DNA from: Escherichia phage EP1 | DNA length: 64,000 bases | Sequence record: OR892555.1 | Direction: 5' to 3' (one strand) | Shown: positions 19,052 to 32,667 of the stretch, piece by piece | Layout: every line of letters starts with the position of its first letter | How positions within the stretch are numbered: the first letter of the stretch is position 1 | The notes under the pieces: generated by a model | Database searches by the model: none | What the model was told of the DNA's origin: nothing | Seen by the model: only the letters and a program-made list of their open reading frames with translations | Translations under genes and position numbers: made by a program

Positions 19052-19426
19052 TTATTTTTTCTTAGCATTTTGAGTGTTCTGTTCAGTGATTGCTTGCAAA
19101 GCTGATACAGATTGTGCTAGGTTGTTAACACTGTCAGAGAATTTATCAAGGGTCTTGGTCAACTTGGCGTTTTCACCCTTTACGTTCTCTAGCTGAACCT
19201 TCTGGTTCTCCATGCCTAATTGCAGGAGTTTCATGTCAGACTGTAAATCACGAATAGCTGAATAGTTGCTTTTGTTGTAACTATCTAGCTGCTGTAACTT
19301 TGTCGAAACGGAAACTTCCTGCTTCCCACTAGACACCTGCATTGTAGTGTACATACCAATTACACTGAAGATACCCACAACAATTGCACCAATGTTATTT
19401 TTGAAAGCATCCTCTAACCACTTCAT
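19052..19426 (-). CDS. membrane-anchored coiled-coil protein (124 aa)
   Basis: N-terminal TM segment IGAIVVGIFSVIGMY followed by long coiled coil. Confidence 0.4.
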   Translation of the reverse strand: MKWLEDAFKNNIGAIVVGIFSVIGMYTTMQVSSGKQEVSVSTKLQQLDSYNKSNYSAIRDLQSDMKLLQLGMENQKVQLENVKGENAKLTKTLDKFSDSVNNLAQSVSALQAITEQNTQNAKKK

Positions 19427-19620
19427 TCTTTCTCCCCTTTAAAGGCTTTTTCCAAGTTATTAACAAATTCATCATCAATAGGCGTATCTGTCTTACTCGC
19501 AAGGTATCTTGCAAGTCTGAAGAAGGCTTTCTCAATCATGTATTCACTCAGAAGGGAAAGTAGAAGTTTCCAGAGGAAGCTACCCAAGTTTTTTAAGAGG
19601 ATTACTAGGATAGTCGGCAT
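19423..19620 (-). CDS. small hydrophobic protein (65 aa)
   Basis: ORF track; hydrophobic N-terminus ILVILLKNLGSFLWKLLLSLL; ATGA overlap with downstream gene. Confidence 0.35.
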   Translation of the reverse strand: MPTILVILLKNLGSFLWKLLLSLLSEYMIEKAFFRLARYLASKTDTPIDDEFVNNLEKAFKGEKE

Positions 19621-19699
19621 TATGTCACCTCATCAGCCAAGATGGTGAGAATACCTATGAAAATATTAACACCGTCTTAACATTTAGTCAACAAATTGA

Positions 19700-22237
19700 T
19701 TACGCCGTTCTAACCCATGCCATCAATCTGATAAACAAGTTTACAACACTGAATGCTGAACCAGAACCTGTACCACCAGTGTCACCACTAACTGTGTGGG
19801 TGTGAGCACCAATACCAACCGTGTGAGCGTGGTTACCAGCAGAAGCAGCAGTACCAGAGATTGTGTGGGTGTGAGCACCACCTGCATCAGTGTAACCTGG
19901 CCCTGTACCAAGCTTACCACCACCACCACCAGAGTAGTGAGTAGAGTTCTGACCAATCCATGAGATAGCATGTTTGTGACTACCAGCAGATGCAGCAGAA
20001 CCACTTACAGAGTGGGTATGAGCACCAGTCGTGTTAGAGGTCTTAGTACCATAGTCAAAGCTTGACGTTGTAGCTGAGAAGCTGTGAGTATGTGAAGGAA
20101 GGTGTCCTACAGCTAATGTCACAGTATCTGCACCACCAACTGTCTTAACATCTGAACCATTCGCTGCACCGATTCTGACAGTTCTACCGACACCTTCATT
20201 TAGATACGTCCAAGTTAATCCCGGAAGGGTAGTATTAGGGTTCTGGTTAGTTGCAAACCATGTTACAATACCTACAGGGTAAACTTTCTTAAGGTCTGTA
20301 GAGTCTGTAACAGCATTTGCAATCTTCTGGTCAACTTCAGTTTTAGTATATGCACCAACATCTGATGCTGAAGGTTTTAACAAGCTTGTGTAAATAGACT
20401 GGACACTACCAGAAACCATGCTAGTTGGTGGTGTTACAGAACCTTCAGGTGTTGTATACATAGATACTGCGGCATTTGAAGTGCATCTCCAACTAAAGCT
20501 AATACTGTGTGCATAACCACCAGATTTAGCGTAGATATCATAACTATTGCTACCATTCGAAACATAACCAATATCAGTAAACAATGGACTAGTGTCAGTA
20601 CTATTCCAAAGAACTGCCGTGATACCAACAGGTGTAGAGTTGTTTCCAGTCCTTAAAATAATACTAGTAGGCGCGGCTTGTGCTGTTGAGCCAGCATTAT
20701 AACCAGCACCACCTGCAAACCTCATTTCTACAGTTGATGTACTCTGTGGCATAACTACGGTTGCCACCTTAACCCATAAACCATTAGTACCTGAGCTATT
20801 TGGACTAATAGACCCAATCATTTCATATCTTAAGTCTGATAAACTTTTTGTATAATATCTTGAATCAAAGTTTGCAAAGTCTGAAGGTTTCACCTGTCCA
20901 GTGATATTCACACTTTTATTGGCGACAATCTCATTAGCAAGCTGCAAAGAACTACCAAGTATGTGGTTTTGCAATGACAGAGTTGTTGAACCATCTGAGC
21001 CAACACCAATAAACCACCTGTTAGTAGTACCATCTGAGTCTCTTGAGATGATATAAGAGGCTTTACCTGCACTGCTTGGCATTAATACTAGACCCTGACC
21101 ATCATTCTTAATGGTCTGTACACCAGTAAAGGTGTTTGCAGTATTGTTCCTTGCAATTGTAGAAAGTGTTGCAGCAGGAATAAATCTGGCATCAATGTTA
21201 GACCAATCTGTAGGCTGAACCTGTCCAGTGATTGCAAGACTCTTGTTAACTCTGACCATGTTATCAAGTAATACATAGGTATCATTTGAGATGTTTGTCA
21301 ATACAACTGAGTTGCTACCATCTGCATAGTTACCTACAGCCCACTTCATAGAAGCATCTGTGTTCTGACCTTCAATGTAAAGTGCTTTACCACTTGTCAA
21401 GTTCTTCAGAGTTAATCTTGCACCATCACCAAGTAACGTTGTAGTACCTCTGAGGGTGTTGTTTCCAGTAATCGTGTTAGCTGCTGCCAACTGAACAAAT
21501 CTTTGGTCTGCTGCATCACGAGTATAGAATCTTGCATCAAAGTTTGCGAAGTCTGAAGGAACAACCTGTCCAGTAACTTGAAGACTTTTGTTAATACCTA
21601 CAGAACCAGTACCAAGAACAATATTAGTATTCTGTTTGGTGTTTGCAATAGTAACGTCAGAACCAGAACTCAAGTTACCAATTGTGAACCTTACAGCGTT
21701 TGCTGTATCACGACCTTCATAATACAATGCAGCCGCAGCAGTGTTCTTCAAAGTCAAACCAGCATTATCTGTCTGGAAAATCTGACTTGCTGTAAAGGTA
21801 TTTTGAGTTCCCTTGATAGCAAATCTTGCATCGTTCTCATCATTAGTTCTCATCCCAAGTTCATTGGGAGATGGCTTATTCAGAGTGTGATAAACAGTTG
21901 CACTTCTTGAAGCATCTGCAATAGTCAGTTTAAGACCATTTGCATTAAGCTTGAAAGTTTTTGCAGTGTCACCGAAGACAATTTCGGAGTTACCTGTTGG
22001 GTCAAGTAAATCTTTTCCCCCATAGGTAAGCTTTACAATTCCTAAATTACCTGTCATGGTTCCACCAACTAATTGCAGAAATCTTTCCAGTCTAAATGAT
22101 GCAAGGAAATCCGCATAAGTCATTCTACGGTCTTCATCACCTAGCATCTCAGTTCTTTTCTTAACTCTGACATGCAATAGGTCATCAGAACGAATCTCAC
22201 TAATCGAGTTTAATTCACTCAATTTAAATTCTGCCAT
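19700..22237 (-). CDS. tail fiber protein with tail-collar-like domain and His-rich C-terminal repeats
   Basis: Three internal repeats NKSL.ITGQV.PSDF.NFD.R.YT; tail-collar-like VYPVGIVTWFATN...LPGLTWTYL; C-terminal GAHTHS/GSHKHA/GAHTHT His boxes. Confidence 0.7.
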   Translation of the reverse strand: MAEFKLSELNSISEIRSDDLLHVRVKKRTEMLGDEDRRMTYADFLASFRLERFLQLVGGTMTGNLGIVKLTYGGKDLLDPTGNSEIVFGDTAKTFKLNANGLKLTIADASRSATVYHTLNKPSPNELGMRTNDENDARFAIKGTQNTFTASQIFQTDNAGLTLKNTAAAALYYEGRDTANAVRFTIGNLSSGSDVTIANTKQNTNIVLGTGSVGINKSLQVTGQVVPSDFANFDARFYTRDAADQRFVQLAAANTITGNNTLRGTTTLLGDGARLTLKNLTSGKALYIEGQNTDASMKWAVGNYADGSNSVVLTNISNDTYVLLDNMVRVNKSLAITGQVQPTDWSNIDARFIPAATLSTIARNNTANTFTGVQTIKNDGQGLVLMPSSAGKASYIISRDSDGTTNRWFIGVGSDGSTTLSLQNHILGSSLQLANEIVANKSVNITGQVKPSDFANFDSRYYTKSLSDLRYEMIGSISPNSSGTNGLWVKVATVVMPQSTSTVEMRFAGGAGYNAGSTAQAAPTSIILRTGNNSTPVGITAVLWNSTDTSPLFTDIGYVSNGSNSYDIYAKSGGYAHSISFSWRCTSNAAVSMYTTPEGSVTPPTSMVSGSVQSIYTSLLKPSASDVGAYTKTEVDQKIANAVTDSTDLKKVYPVGIVTWFATNQNPNTTLPGLTWTYLNEGVGRTVRIGAANGSDVKTVGGADTVTLAVGHLPSHTHSFSATTSSFDYGTKTSNTTGAHTHSVSGSAASAGSHKHAISWIGQNSTHYSGGGGGKLGTGPGYTDAGGAHTHTISGTAASAGNHAHTVGIGAHTHTVSGDTGGTGSGSAFSVVNLFIRLMAWVRTA

Positions 22238-22249
22238 TATACAATCCTC

Positions 22250-22275
22250 TTAAAAGGGGCTAAAAAGCCCCTATT
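22250..22275 (-). terminator. rho-independent terminator between the two fiber genes
   Basis: AGGGGCT-aaaa-AGCCCCT hairpin followed by U-run on the minus strand. Confidence 0.45.
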
Positions 22276-22279
22276 ATAA

Positions 22280-23428
22280 TTAAGCAGTTCTCTGCCATAC
22301 ATATAGAACAAATGATGGCTGTTCAATGTTAAATGCCTGACCAGAACCAGTTGAGCCAGTTGTACCAGAGTGAGAGTGTTCACCTGCACCTGTAACAGTT
22401 ACAGTAGCCGTATGCGAGTGGCTACCAATTGATACAGAGTGGCTATGAGCACCAATCGCTACAGTATGAGTGTGCGCACCAATCGCTACAGTGTGCGTAT
22501 GGTTGTTAGCGGTTGTCAGAGTGGCTCTTGGGTCATAGTCTGCACCAACTACTGAAAGTCCCGGATGACTCCCTGGGTCATAACCACGGTTAATCCACGT
22601 TGTCTGAGTGAATCCAGCAGAACTCGTAGTTTTATTACCATAGTTAAATGATGATGTGGTCTTAGTACCATAATCAAATGTTGTAGTGCTTCTATTCCCA
22701 TAGTCAAATGAACTGATTGAAGCAGTTGCACCATGTGAGTGACCACCACCTGTAACGTACACTGAGTGAGTGTGAGCAGGGATGTTATTAGCTGTCAATG
22801 CAGCAGTCTGTGAACCAAATGTCGAACCTGCTGGTCTAGAAGCACTGTCATAACCTACAAGCGCTCTACCTCTTGAAACCAGTTCCCAAGTACCTCCACA
22901 AATCAGGTAAGTAGATGGGTTAGCAGCATTCATCGACAAGTGGATAGTACCAACTGGATATGAAGCCTGAACAGCTCTGTATAGACTATTAACTGCTCTT
23001 GCTGTAGCATACTTATCAGCATCTTCATTATATGCGTTGGAGGCTAACCAGTTCTGAACATTACCCAAACCAACTTGTGATTTAGTTGTGTTGTGAGGGT
23101 TATTCTTATCATTAATGTGAGCCTGAATAAGTTGATTAACTTCATCAGAAGACATAATCTGTAAGTTCGCTCTTGCTTCAGCTACGTCAACGATATCTGA
23201 TAAGTTATTTGCAGCGACAAGCTGTAAAGCATTTAAGACATTACCTAATTCAACCTGAACTTTTGTGACACCGTGAGGGTTATTCCTCAAGGATGCGTGA
23301 GGGTCAAGTAGTTGTTCAAGTGTACATCTCTTGTCTTCAATACCTTGTTTAAGGTGGAAGATATCACTTAACTCAATTGGTAATGATGCTTGAGGCAAGG
23401 CACTAATTTGAATTTCACCTACTGCCAT
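22280..23428 (-). CDS. tail fiber / receptor-binding protein, paralogous C-terminus to the 845-aa fiber
   Basis: Tail-collar-like YPVGTIHLSMNAANPSTYLICGGTWEL; C-terminal HTHTVAIGAHTHTVAIGAHSHSVSIGSHSHT. Confidence 0.65.
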   Translation of the reverse strand: MAVGEIQISALPQASLPIELSDIFHLKQGIEDKRCTLEQLLDPHASLRNNPHGVTKVQVELGNVLNALQLVAANNLSDIVDVAEARANLQIMSSDEVNQLIQAHINDKNNPHNTTKSQVGLGNVQNWLASNAYNEDADKYATARAVNSLYRAVQASYPVGTIHLSMNAANPSTYLICGGTWELVSRGRALVGYDSASRPAGSTFGSQTAALTANNIPAHTHSVYVTGGGHSHGATASISSFDYGNRSTTTFDYGTKTTSSFNYGNKTTSSAGFTQTTWINRGYDPGSHPGLSVVGADYDPRATLTTANNHTHTVAIGAHTHTVAIGAHSHSVSIGSHSHTATVTVTGAGEHSHSGTTGSTGSGQAFNIEQPSFVLYVWQRTA

Positions 23429-23430
23429 TA

Positions 23431-23745
23431 TTAGCCTCCAATAAATTCATAAGTGTACTGATTAGTTGTGCTTGTTGGAGCAGTACCTGTCACTGTATTA
23501 ATAAGATTCCATCCAGCCGATACTAAATCAGGCTGTTCAGTAGCAAAGCTTCTTACTTCACCAACAATAGCTGTTGTCCCATTTGCTCTTTCCAGCAAAT
23601 AGTTTAAAATATAGTTATACCACTGACGACCCATTGGTTCACCACGTAGTAAACCTGTTGCCTGAATCTCAGGAGGTGGTAACACTTTTAACTGGTTACC
23701 ATCAGCGTCTACATCATCTGTAGCCCATCTTACTGCATCTGCCAT
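23431..23745 (-). CDS. tail/baseplate-associated protein (104 aa)
   Basis: ORF track; position between fiber and baseplate genes. Confidence 0.4.
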   Translation of the reverse strand: MADAVRWATDDVDADGNQLKVLPPPEIQATGLLRGEPMGRQWYNYILNYLLERANGTTAIVGEVRSFATEQPDLVSAGWNLINTVTGTAPTSTTNQYTYEFIGG

Positions 23746-24602
23746 TATGAACTTCCTTCCTGTTGAGATTTATCTTTTCTGCCTTTGATGATTTGTGCAA
23801 CTTCAGCCATTACACCGTATTCACCACCTGCAACCGTTTCTTTGCCGACAATAAAGTTGTCGTTGCTGTTATTCGTTCTGCTCACATTCATATAATCTTT
23901 TGAAGTGCTTCCAGCAGTTCTATCAATTCTAAAATAACCGTCTCTTACACCTGCATCTGCTAAACTCCCTAGCAAGTTAGCTTCAAGAGAGCCACCAGTG
24001 TTATTCGTTACAAGACCTTTGTTATTGTCTGTTACAAACCAGTTATCTTTGTCATCAACGATAGCTAAGGCTGAATCAGCAACCTCTACAGGTGTCCAAG
24101 CAGTACCATTCAAAGTCACATCTCTTAAGATGACTGCTGAACCAATTGTTGTTGCAGCAATCTTTGAAAGTGTGTATGCTGTATCTAGAACGTTATTTCT
24201 CGTGTTAACACGAATAACAATCCCACCAGTCATCGGTGTAATATGCTCAAACACCTGTGAAAAGGTAGCATTGTAAAGTGTCATTACGGCATTTTGAAGA
24301 AACGCTGGAGTTGTGTCAGAACGTCTTAGGAAAATTTGGATATACAGCATTGCACGATATGAATCGTCATCAGCACCAAGAGGTCTAGGGACTTTAATCA
24401 AAGCCCCGATATTATCTAGTTGCTGACCAATAGCTGTACGGATATTACGTTCTGTGTGCATCTGCCAAGTAATATCCTCTAACAATTGTAACTCATCTGT
24501 AATAGATTTCAATAGACTAGTGTAAATAAACTTTTCTTTGAATTGAGTTACAGTTCTTTCATCCAATGTTTTGTAATAGACGTCTTCAATCTTTTCAAAC
24601 AT
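23745..24602 (-). CDS. baseplate protein (285 aa)
   Basis: Position in the baseplate cluster; no motif recognised. Confidence 0.4.
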   Translation of the reverse strand: MFEKIEDVYYKTLDERTVTQFKEKFIYTSLLKSITDELQLLEDITWQMHTERNIRTAIGQQLDNIGALIKVPRPLGADDDSYRAMLYIQIFLRRSDTTPAFLQNAVMTLYNATFSQVFEHITPMTGGIVIRVNTRNNVLDTAYTLSKIAATTIGSAVILRDVTLNGTAWTPVEVADSALAIVDDKDNWFVTDNNKGLVTNNTGGSLEANLLGSLADAGVRDGYFRIDRTAGSTSKDYMNVSRTNNSNDNFIVGKETVAGGEYGVMAEVAQIIKGRKDKSQQEGSS

Positions 24603-24604
24603 TG

Positions 24605-26073
24605 TTACTCCTTAGTGATAGTGTACTGGCTGCTTTCCCATACCGTATACTGGTCACCATCAACTGTGATTCTCGAAGTAGTGTACTGGTCATCCGAAGG
24701 TGGAACTGCTTGGTTATTTGAAAGAGCAACTTTAATTTCGTTGATTTCAATACCTTGAATAACGTCATAGATGTATCCATAGATTCTGTTAGGAATCACG
24801 TCATTACCAACTTTCAGGGTTCTACCATAATCGTTAATACCCTGTACAATACTGTCATGGATATCTTCTTCAGGGATTGTCAAGCTTTCTTCATCATACA
24901 ACTCATAAGTTACCTTAACAAAGACATACTTAGGTGTTGGTCTGCTGAAGTAAACGTTATGAGCCAAACCTCCAAGGTCATATGCAGTACCAAAGATGGA
25001 GCCGTAAGCCCTGATACCAGCAGGTTTAGTATCCCAGATAGCTTGAGCAACGTTATCATTCTGACCACCTACAACGACAATCTTGAAAGATTTCGGAGGA
25101 ATACCATCAGAAGTTGTTGTCTCAGTGTCGTTCTCAACACCTGAAGCATCTGAAACACCCTGAACTCTCTTGACAGCAGCAACGATAGCGTCTAAAGTAC
25201 CTACACCAGTAACAGTTAAAGATTCTAGGTAACGCTGACGAAGTTCTGTATCAGTTTCTTCATCACGTCCTGTTGTCAGGTCGTATCTGTTAAACACATT
25301 ATCAAGACCGTCTACGGTTGTCTCGATTTCAATTAGTGTTCCTGCCAAAGCTGGAATAGCACCAACCTGTTCAGCAACTACATCGTGAATTGTAGTAATC
25401 TTCGTAAAGCTTAGGAATGTCGTTGCAGTAACAACCATAGGGTTTGTTCTGGCAATAATATCCCCTTCATCTTTATAGACCCTTAGAGATGAACCATCAT
25501 TAGTAACTTCAGCCTTAGCAACAATACCACCATTAATAGCATCTGCAAGTTCGTTTAGCAGAGTCGTGATAGTATCTGAAGAAGTAGGTTGATAAGAGAA
25601 AACAACGTTATCAATAATAATAACATAGTTTGCATCAGTACGTAAAGAGTTAACTTCTAAAACTGCTTCAACACAATAAGATGGTGTCAAGGTGAAGGTA
25701 GAAACTGGATAGAAAATATTACCAGCAGTACTTCTCAGTCTTGTTGTTGCAGGGATTGAAGCACCAGTTGTGCCAGTAAATTCAGCCTGTCCTCTTGTAG
25801 CCTGAGCAACGTATCTGTAGATTGCGTTTAAGGCTGTGATATCATCTAGGTTGAATCCTTCAGCTTTATCAATGGTATTACCATCATAAATCTCAGACAG
25901 AACTTCATGAGTATCTGCCAAGGCTCTTGCTACTGATGCTAAGAAGAGACCTAATTGGCTGTCTTCAGATACGTCAAGGTTTGGGGAGATATCTCTTAAA
26001 AGTCTTGCTTTGATATTATCAAAGATTTCTTGATATCTCAATGTTTGTAATCCTGTTGCGGTTAATCCAGCCA

Positions 26074-26074
<1 letters not shown>
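24605..26074 (-). CDS. baseplate J-like wedge protein
   Basis: 489 aa, immediately upstream of a gp25/W-like gene; gene order typical of contractile-tail baseplates. Confidence 0.55.
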
Positions 26075-28092
<2,018 letters not shown>

Positions 28093-28093
<1 letters not shown>

Positions 28094-28434
28094 TATAAGT
28101 TCTCCATCAAACGCATATCTTCAGAAGTGTAATAGTTAAGTTCAAATGCCTTATCCCTCCCAAAGTTATTTCTCGATGGTTGTAAGTCAGTTCCGAAGAT
28201 TTTTTCAACGAAGATTTCACCAGATAAGGAAGGAACTACATAGCGGCCTGTGATAGATTGGTCGGCAAGGCATTTCTTTTCAGATAATAATACATTACCA
28301 TCAACATCAGTTAGCGTCAAGAACCATCTGTCAAGCCTTTCTTTGTATTTCAATTCAATAACAAAAACAGCACCTTCTAAAGTCACTGTCTGAGTTGACC
28401 ATTCCGTATCTGGAACAGGGATATACTGAGACAT
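28093..28434 (-). CDS. tail protein (113 aa)
   Basis: ORF track; tail module position. Confidence 0.35.
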
Positions 28435-29231
28435 TAATAAGTTCCTTTCTTGTTTGGGTTAACTGAATGCTTCTGCATAGATTTACCACTTCCAGCACCA
28501 GTACTAAGAACTTGAGCAGCGTTTCTTTCAGCTTCATCACTAAAGGTTGTCTGCCCTTTACTGGTATTTGCAGAGCGACCACAAGCAGCCATAGCACGAT
28601 ATTCATCACTTGAAAGTTCTCTTACACCATTTGATTGTAGGTCATACAGAAGTTGACAGTTTAATTTACCGTTACCTAAAGAAGTTGTAGTATTACCAGT
28701 ATTCTTCTTTGAAGTTGCTCCACCATCATTTGTGGTAGCTGTTTTACCAGTTGCTGCTGAAACGTCAGTTTGTCCGACTACAGCTTTAAATTCCACACCT
28801 TGAAAAGTCATCTGAATACGAAGACCATTTGCAATCGTGTGTTCTTTATAAGCTTTGAAGTTTGTGATAATGCTATCGTCAATCTTAATACCATCTTTAC
28901 AGATAACAGAAATAATCTGTTTCTGGTCTCGCCAAGTTTCTACAGTGTCGATAAAGTTTTCTACAAGTTGGCCTTGACGGGTGCGTAATAGGCTACCTTC
29001 GTAGCCCACTACAACAACACCAGAGATAGTAATAGTCTTTGGAGCACGTTGAACGTTATCAGTTACAGTCTGTCCAGATTGCATTGTTTGAGTAGTCACC
29101 ATCATGGGTGAGTCATACTCCATACTCTCTGTTGCAGATAATGTCAAAAATGCGTCAACATTATCTCTCAGATGGAAGTAAATACCATCCTTACCAGAGT
29201 ATTTAATTTGCATATTAGAATTCCATAACAT
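28434..29231 (-). CDS. tail protein (265 aa)
   Basis: ORF track; tail module position. Confidence 0.4.
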   Translation of the reverse strand: MLWNSNMQIKYSGKDGIYFHLRDNVDAFLTLSATESMEYDSPMMVTTQTMQSGQTVTDNVQRAPKTITISGVVVVGYEGSLLRTRQGQLVENFIDTVETWRDQKQIISVICKDGIKIDDSIITNFKAYKEHTIANGLRIQMTFQGVEFKAVVGQTDVSAATGKTATTNDGGATSKKNTGNTTTSLGNGKLNCQLLYDLQSNGVRELSSDEYRAMAACGRSANTSKGQTTFSDEAERNAAQVLSTGAGSGKSMQKHSVNPNKKGTY

Positions 29232-31474
29232 TATTCTTCCTCTGGGTAACTTGAGTTAAGAAGGATATCTTCTTGGTGCTTGTCCATGATATCAACCATC
29301 TTAGTAGCAATCTGCTTACCATCAAGATTGAATGAAACATTCAGAGTCTGTCTAGTCTGCATAGGGAAACCAGAGGGTGTCATCATCATTGGTGTTTGAT
29401 TGAACTTAGTTGCAAAGTTATTTAAAGACTCTGACAAGTTGTTCATGATAATATCCCAATTGGACATTCCGTTATCAACAAAGCTACGATTACCTTGAGC
29501 ATCTACAGAATATTGTGCAAACTGTAGCTGTCCATTCTGGTCAAAAAACATTGGACGTTTTGGGTTGGTAATGCTTGATACAGCATCTTCAAAAGGCTTT
29601 GGAAGAGTAACTTCGTTGAACCTACCATTGTTCTTTCTGTCTGTAGAGCCAGATAACATCAATGATGAACCAACTGTACCAAGAACCATTCTGGTAGCTG
29701 TAACTCCTGCAACACCTGTAGCTGTTTCTGCTGTAGCTGCTGCACCACCTAGACCAAACTTCTGCATGATTTTTGCAAAGATACCTTCTTCAAAGATACT
29801 CTTAACGAATGCTACAGTGCCACCAAAGATTTTAGCAACCTTAGTAATAGCAGCAATTGCAACACCAATCATAGCAAAGGTTGAAACTAGTTCAGCAGAA
29901 TCCTTGATAAGTTTCTGTTGACTTGCATCCAAATCCTTGTACCATGCCATTGCAGAGTAATACAGTGAAGATGTTCTATACATGATATCTGTTACGAAGT
30001 CAAGTAAGTTACCAGCACCTTTTAACAGGTAACCAATCACTGTACCGAGTGCTTCAGCAGTACCCATAGAACCTTGTAAGAACATTGCAATGGATTGTGA
30101 AAGCTGTGAAATACCGTCGCTAGAGTTGTTAAACAATGCAACTAACATGTTATCCCACATAGACTTCGCTTGACCCATTGAGGTAGCTGTCTGCTTAGAT
30201 ACGGCATTCATACCACCTGCTGCCTGTACCAACTCAGCCATCTTTTCAGATACCTTTGGAAGTACATCTTCAGCAAGGAGCTTACCGTCTTTCATCAACT
30301 TATCAAGTTCTTGTGGGGTCTTACCAATAGCATCAGCAAATAACTGTACAGCACCTGCTAAACGGTCACCTAACTGACCACGAAGTTCTTCAGCCTGAAT
30401 CTTACCCTTAGAAGCCATCTGTTGGAAAGCAACCATGATACCTTTCAGGTCTTCGTCTGTTGCACCCCTGATACGAGAGAACATTGCAGCGTTCTTATAG
30501 AACTCCTGAGTTCCTTGGAATCCAAGAGCAGGTTGAGCACCAGCAGCAAAGTTTGAGTATTGCTTCATGGTATTTGTGTAGTTCTGTCCAATCTGATGAG
30601 CGAACGATGCAGCGAACATTCTAGCTTGCTGTGTATCTGCTCCGAAGATAGCTGTTGAGGCTAACTGTGCAGACTGTCTTTTAACACCTGCATCAATTGT
30701 CTTCTGAGCCAATTCTAAGGCTGCATAAGCTGAAACAAAACCACCAATCATCTGGCGTAGAGATGAGTTAGCTCTTTCCTGAAGCCAAGCTGATTCTCTG
30801 ACTGACTTGAGTCTAGCATTTTCTGCAATAACCCAACGCTTGGTAACGTCAATGAGCTTTTTGACTTCCATCTCATATTCACCGACTTTACCAGTTCCCT
30901 TATATTTGTTATAAAGACCTTGCAAGTTTCCTCTGAAGGAAGCTGCCATTTGGTTACCTTGCCCACCAATAGTTTCAAGGCGACGTGTCAGACCAGAATA
31001 GAAGTTGTTGTTAAACATTCTTTCCATCTGTCTCTGAGCAATATCAGGTCTTGGAGGTCTTGGGTTGCCACTTCCACCAGTAGGAGGGAAACCAGTACCA
31101 CCTTTTCTACCACCACGAACAGTGACTTTTCCATCAACTTTCATAGCGTCTCTTAAAGCCTTGTTAATTTCCTTGGCAGTTTTTCTACCTTGCGTCTCCA
31201 GTCTTTTAAGAGATTTAACACCTTGTGAATCAAGGTTAAGGGAGTTGTTGAGTGCTTTATTGATTCTGCCCGAAGCAGTCTGAGCGTTTTTTACAATTCT
31301 GTTTAATGCTTCCTGTGAAGACTTATTAGGTTTCACGTCAAAGGCTTTGTTAATATTACGTTCGATTCGTTGAGCAGACTGCATAGCCATCTTTTCAACT
31401 CTCTGCAAACCTTTAACAACCTTTTCACTGAAACCCAACTCCACAATAAAGCTATCAACTGTATATTGTGCCAT
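29231..31474 (-). CDS. tail tape measure protein
   Basis: 747 aa, Ala/Gly/Gln-rich and helical; directly after the chaperone pair, as in contractile and long-tail modules. Confidence 0.75.
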   Translation of the reverse strand: MAQYTVDSFIVELGFSEKVVKGLQRVEKMAMQSAQRIERNINKAFDVKPNKSSQEALNRIVKNAQTASGRINKALNNSLNLDSQGVKSLKRLETQGRKTAKEINKALRDAMKVDGKVTVRGGRKGGTGFPPTGGSGNPRPPRPDIAQRQMERMFNNNFYSGLTRRLETIGGQGNQMAASFRGNLQGLYNKYKGTGKVGEYEMEVKKLIDVTKRWVIAENARLKSVRESAWLQERANSSLRQMIGGFVSAYAALELAQKTIDAGVKRQSAQLASTAIFGADTQQARMFAASFAHQIGQNYTNTMKQYSNFAAGAQPALGFQGTQEFYKNAAMFSRIRGATDEDLKGIMVAFQQMASKGKIQAEELRGQLGDRLAGAVQLFADAIGKTPQELDKLMKDGKLLAEDVLPKVSEKMAELVQAAGGMNAVSKQTATSMGQAKSMWDNMLVALFNNSSDGISQLSQSIAMFLQGSMGTAEALGTVIGYLLKGAGNLLDFVTDIMYRTSSLYYSAMAWYKDLDASQQKLIKDSAELVSTFAMIGVAIAAITKVAKIFGGTVAFVKSIFEEGIFAKIMQKFGLGGAAATAETATGVAGVTATRMVLGTVGSSLMLSGSTDRKNNGRFNEVTLPKPFEDAVSSITNPKRPMFFDQNGQLQFAQYSVDAQGNRSFVDNGMSNWDIIMNNLSESLNNFATKFNQTPMMMTPSGFPMQTRQTLNVSFNLDGKQIATKMVDIMDKHQEDILLNSSYPEEE

Positions 31475-31713
31475 TAAATTTTACCTGCCCTTCTAAGTTC
31501 GTTATAAGCAATTTCTTCTTTGTATGACCTCTGGATTTCTAAATACTGTCGCAGAGATAATAAATCAGAGAAAGTCATTGAGAAGAGTTGGTCGAGTGTT
31601 TCTTTACACCCTTCCATACCGTAAATAGCAAGCACAAATTTCATCTCATCTGCTTCTTCATAAGTTGCTGCTACAGCCCCATCAGTCAATGGGGTCTGCA
31701 TAGCACTACTCAT
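31474..31713 (-). CDS. tail assembly chaperone T-segment (probably expressed as frameshift extension)
   Basis: 79-aa ORF in the -1 frame relative to the upstream chaperone, open from the slippery site through to its stop. Confidence 0.45.
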   Translation of the reverse strand: MSSAMQTPLTDGAVAATYEEADEMKFVLAIYGMEGCKETLDQLFSMTFSDLLSLRQYLEIQRSYKEEIAYNELRRAGKI

Positions 31714-31715
31714 GC

Positions 31716-32126
31716 TTACTGAGAAGTTAGGCTTTTGAAAATGCTTGCTTCGAAAAAACTTCCGAAATTAGCCTCCAGAGCAAATGCCAAGAAGTCAATA
31801 AATTCACCGTAGTTCGCTTGGAAGTATTTATCTACGTTTAGAGGGAAGTCATCTACAGTTGCACCTTGGAATAACAAAGCAGCCATTGAGTCAATATCGA
31901 GTTCATCAATACGGTCAAAGCAAGCTTCAACTAATTCTTTGAAAGGTACTGCTGTTACACTTTCTTCGCCTTCTTTCTGCTCTTTCCCAGATAAACTTGA
32001 AAACATCTGAGCAATTGTCGGTACAACAACTTTACCGAGTTTCATCGACATTTTAATACCATCTCTTGCACCTAGCAGGACAATATTCACTTTCTTACCA
32101 TTAATAATTTTAGATTCTGTCTTCAT
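31716..32126 (-). CDS. tail assembly chaperone (G-like)
   Basis: 136 aa between tube and tape measure; slippery T_TTT_TTC heptamer near its 3' end (plus-strand 31752-31758). Confidence 0.55.
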   Translation of the reverse strand: MKTESKIINGKKVNIVLLGARDGIKMSMKLGKVVVPTIAQMFSSLSGKEQKEGEESVTAVPFKELVEACFDRIDELDIDSMAALLFQGATVDDFPLNVDKYFQANYGEFIDFLAFALEANFGSFFEASIFKSLTSQ

Positions 32127-32205
32127 TGTGATTCCTTAAATTTCTTAGGTTCTATAAACGAAAAAAGGGAAGACCTTTTATAGTCTCCCCCTTATTAGGA
32201 TGTTC

Positions 32206-32652
32206 TTAAACACTTGACGCAGGAATCGTAGAAGTGTAGTCTAGCTTCTCACAACCAAAAATCCAAGTTTTAGAGTTCTGGTCACGACCAAGTTCAATCT
32301 GTGGAAGTTCCTGCAACCATGCGTTAATACCAGTTGCCAGAACAGAACCAGATGGGTCGTAGATTACGAAGTTAGAAGAGATATCTTCTTCAAGTTCCAT
32401 GTCATCTTGTTTAGCTTGAATCGCAGAAAGCATCTGGTTAGAGAGTGAAGTCTGCATTAGCTCAATCTCAATAGTACCTGTCTTATCTGCGTTTCTTGTC
32501 AGAGCTACCTGACCACCTGCACCAACAACTGGTGTAACAAGTGGAGAAGTTCTCTGTAGACGTAAGAATGAGTCTGGAGCAAAGCCTTCGATGGCAATAC
32601 CATTCCAGCTACATACAACGTCTTTAGGGGAATATTGCTGATACATAGCCAT
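32206..32652 (-). CDS. tail tube protein
   Basis: 148 aa directly downstream of the sheath gene. Confidence 0.55.
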   Translation of the reverse strand: MAMYQQYSPKDVVCSWNGIAIEGFAPDSFLRLQRTSPLVTPVVGAGGQVALTRNADKTGTIEIELMQTSLSNQMLSAIQAKQDDMELEEDISSNFVIYDPSGSVLATGINAWLQELPQIELGRDQNSKTWIFGCEKLDYTSTIPASSV

Positions 32653-32667
32653 TCCAATTTACCTCTA

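Noticed and set aside
29565-29921. 118-aa plus-strand ORF inside the tape measure gene
   Set aside because: Antisense to the tape measure gene; Ala/Val-rich translation reflects the complement of its Ala/Gly-rich coding sequence.
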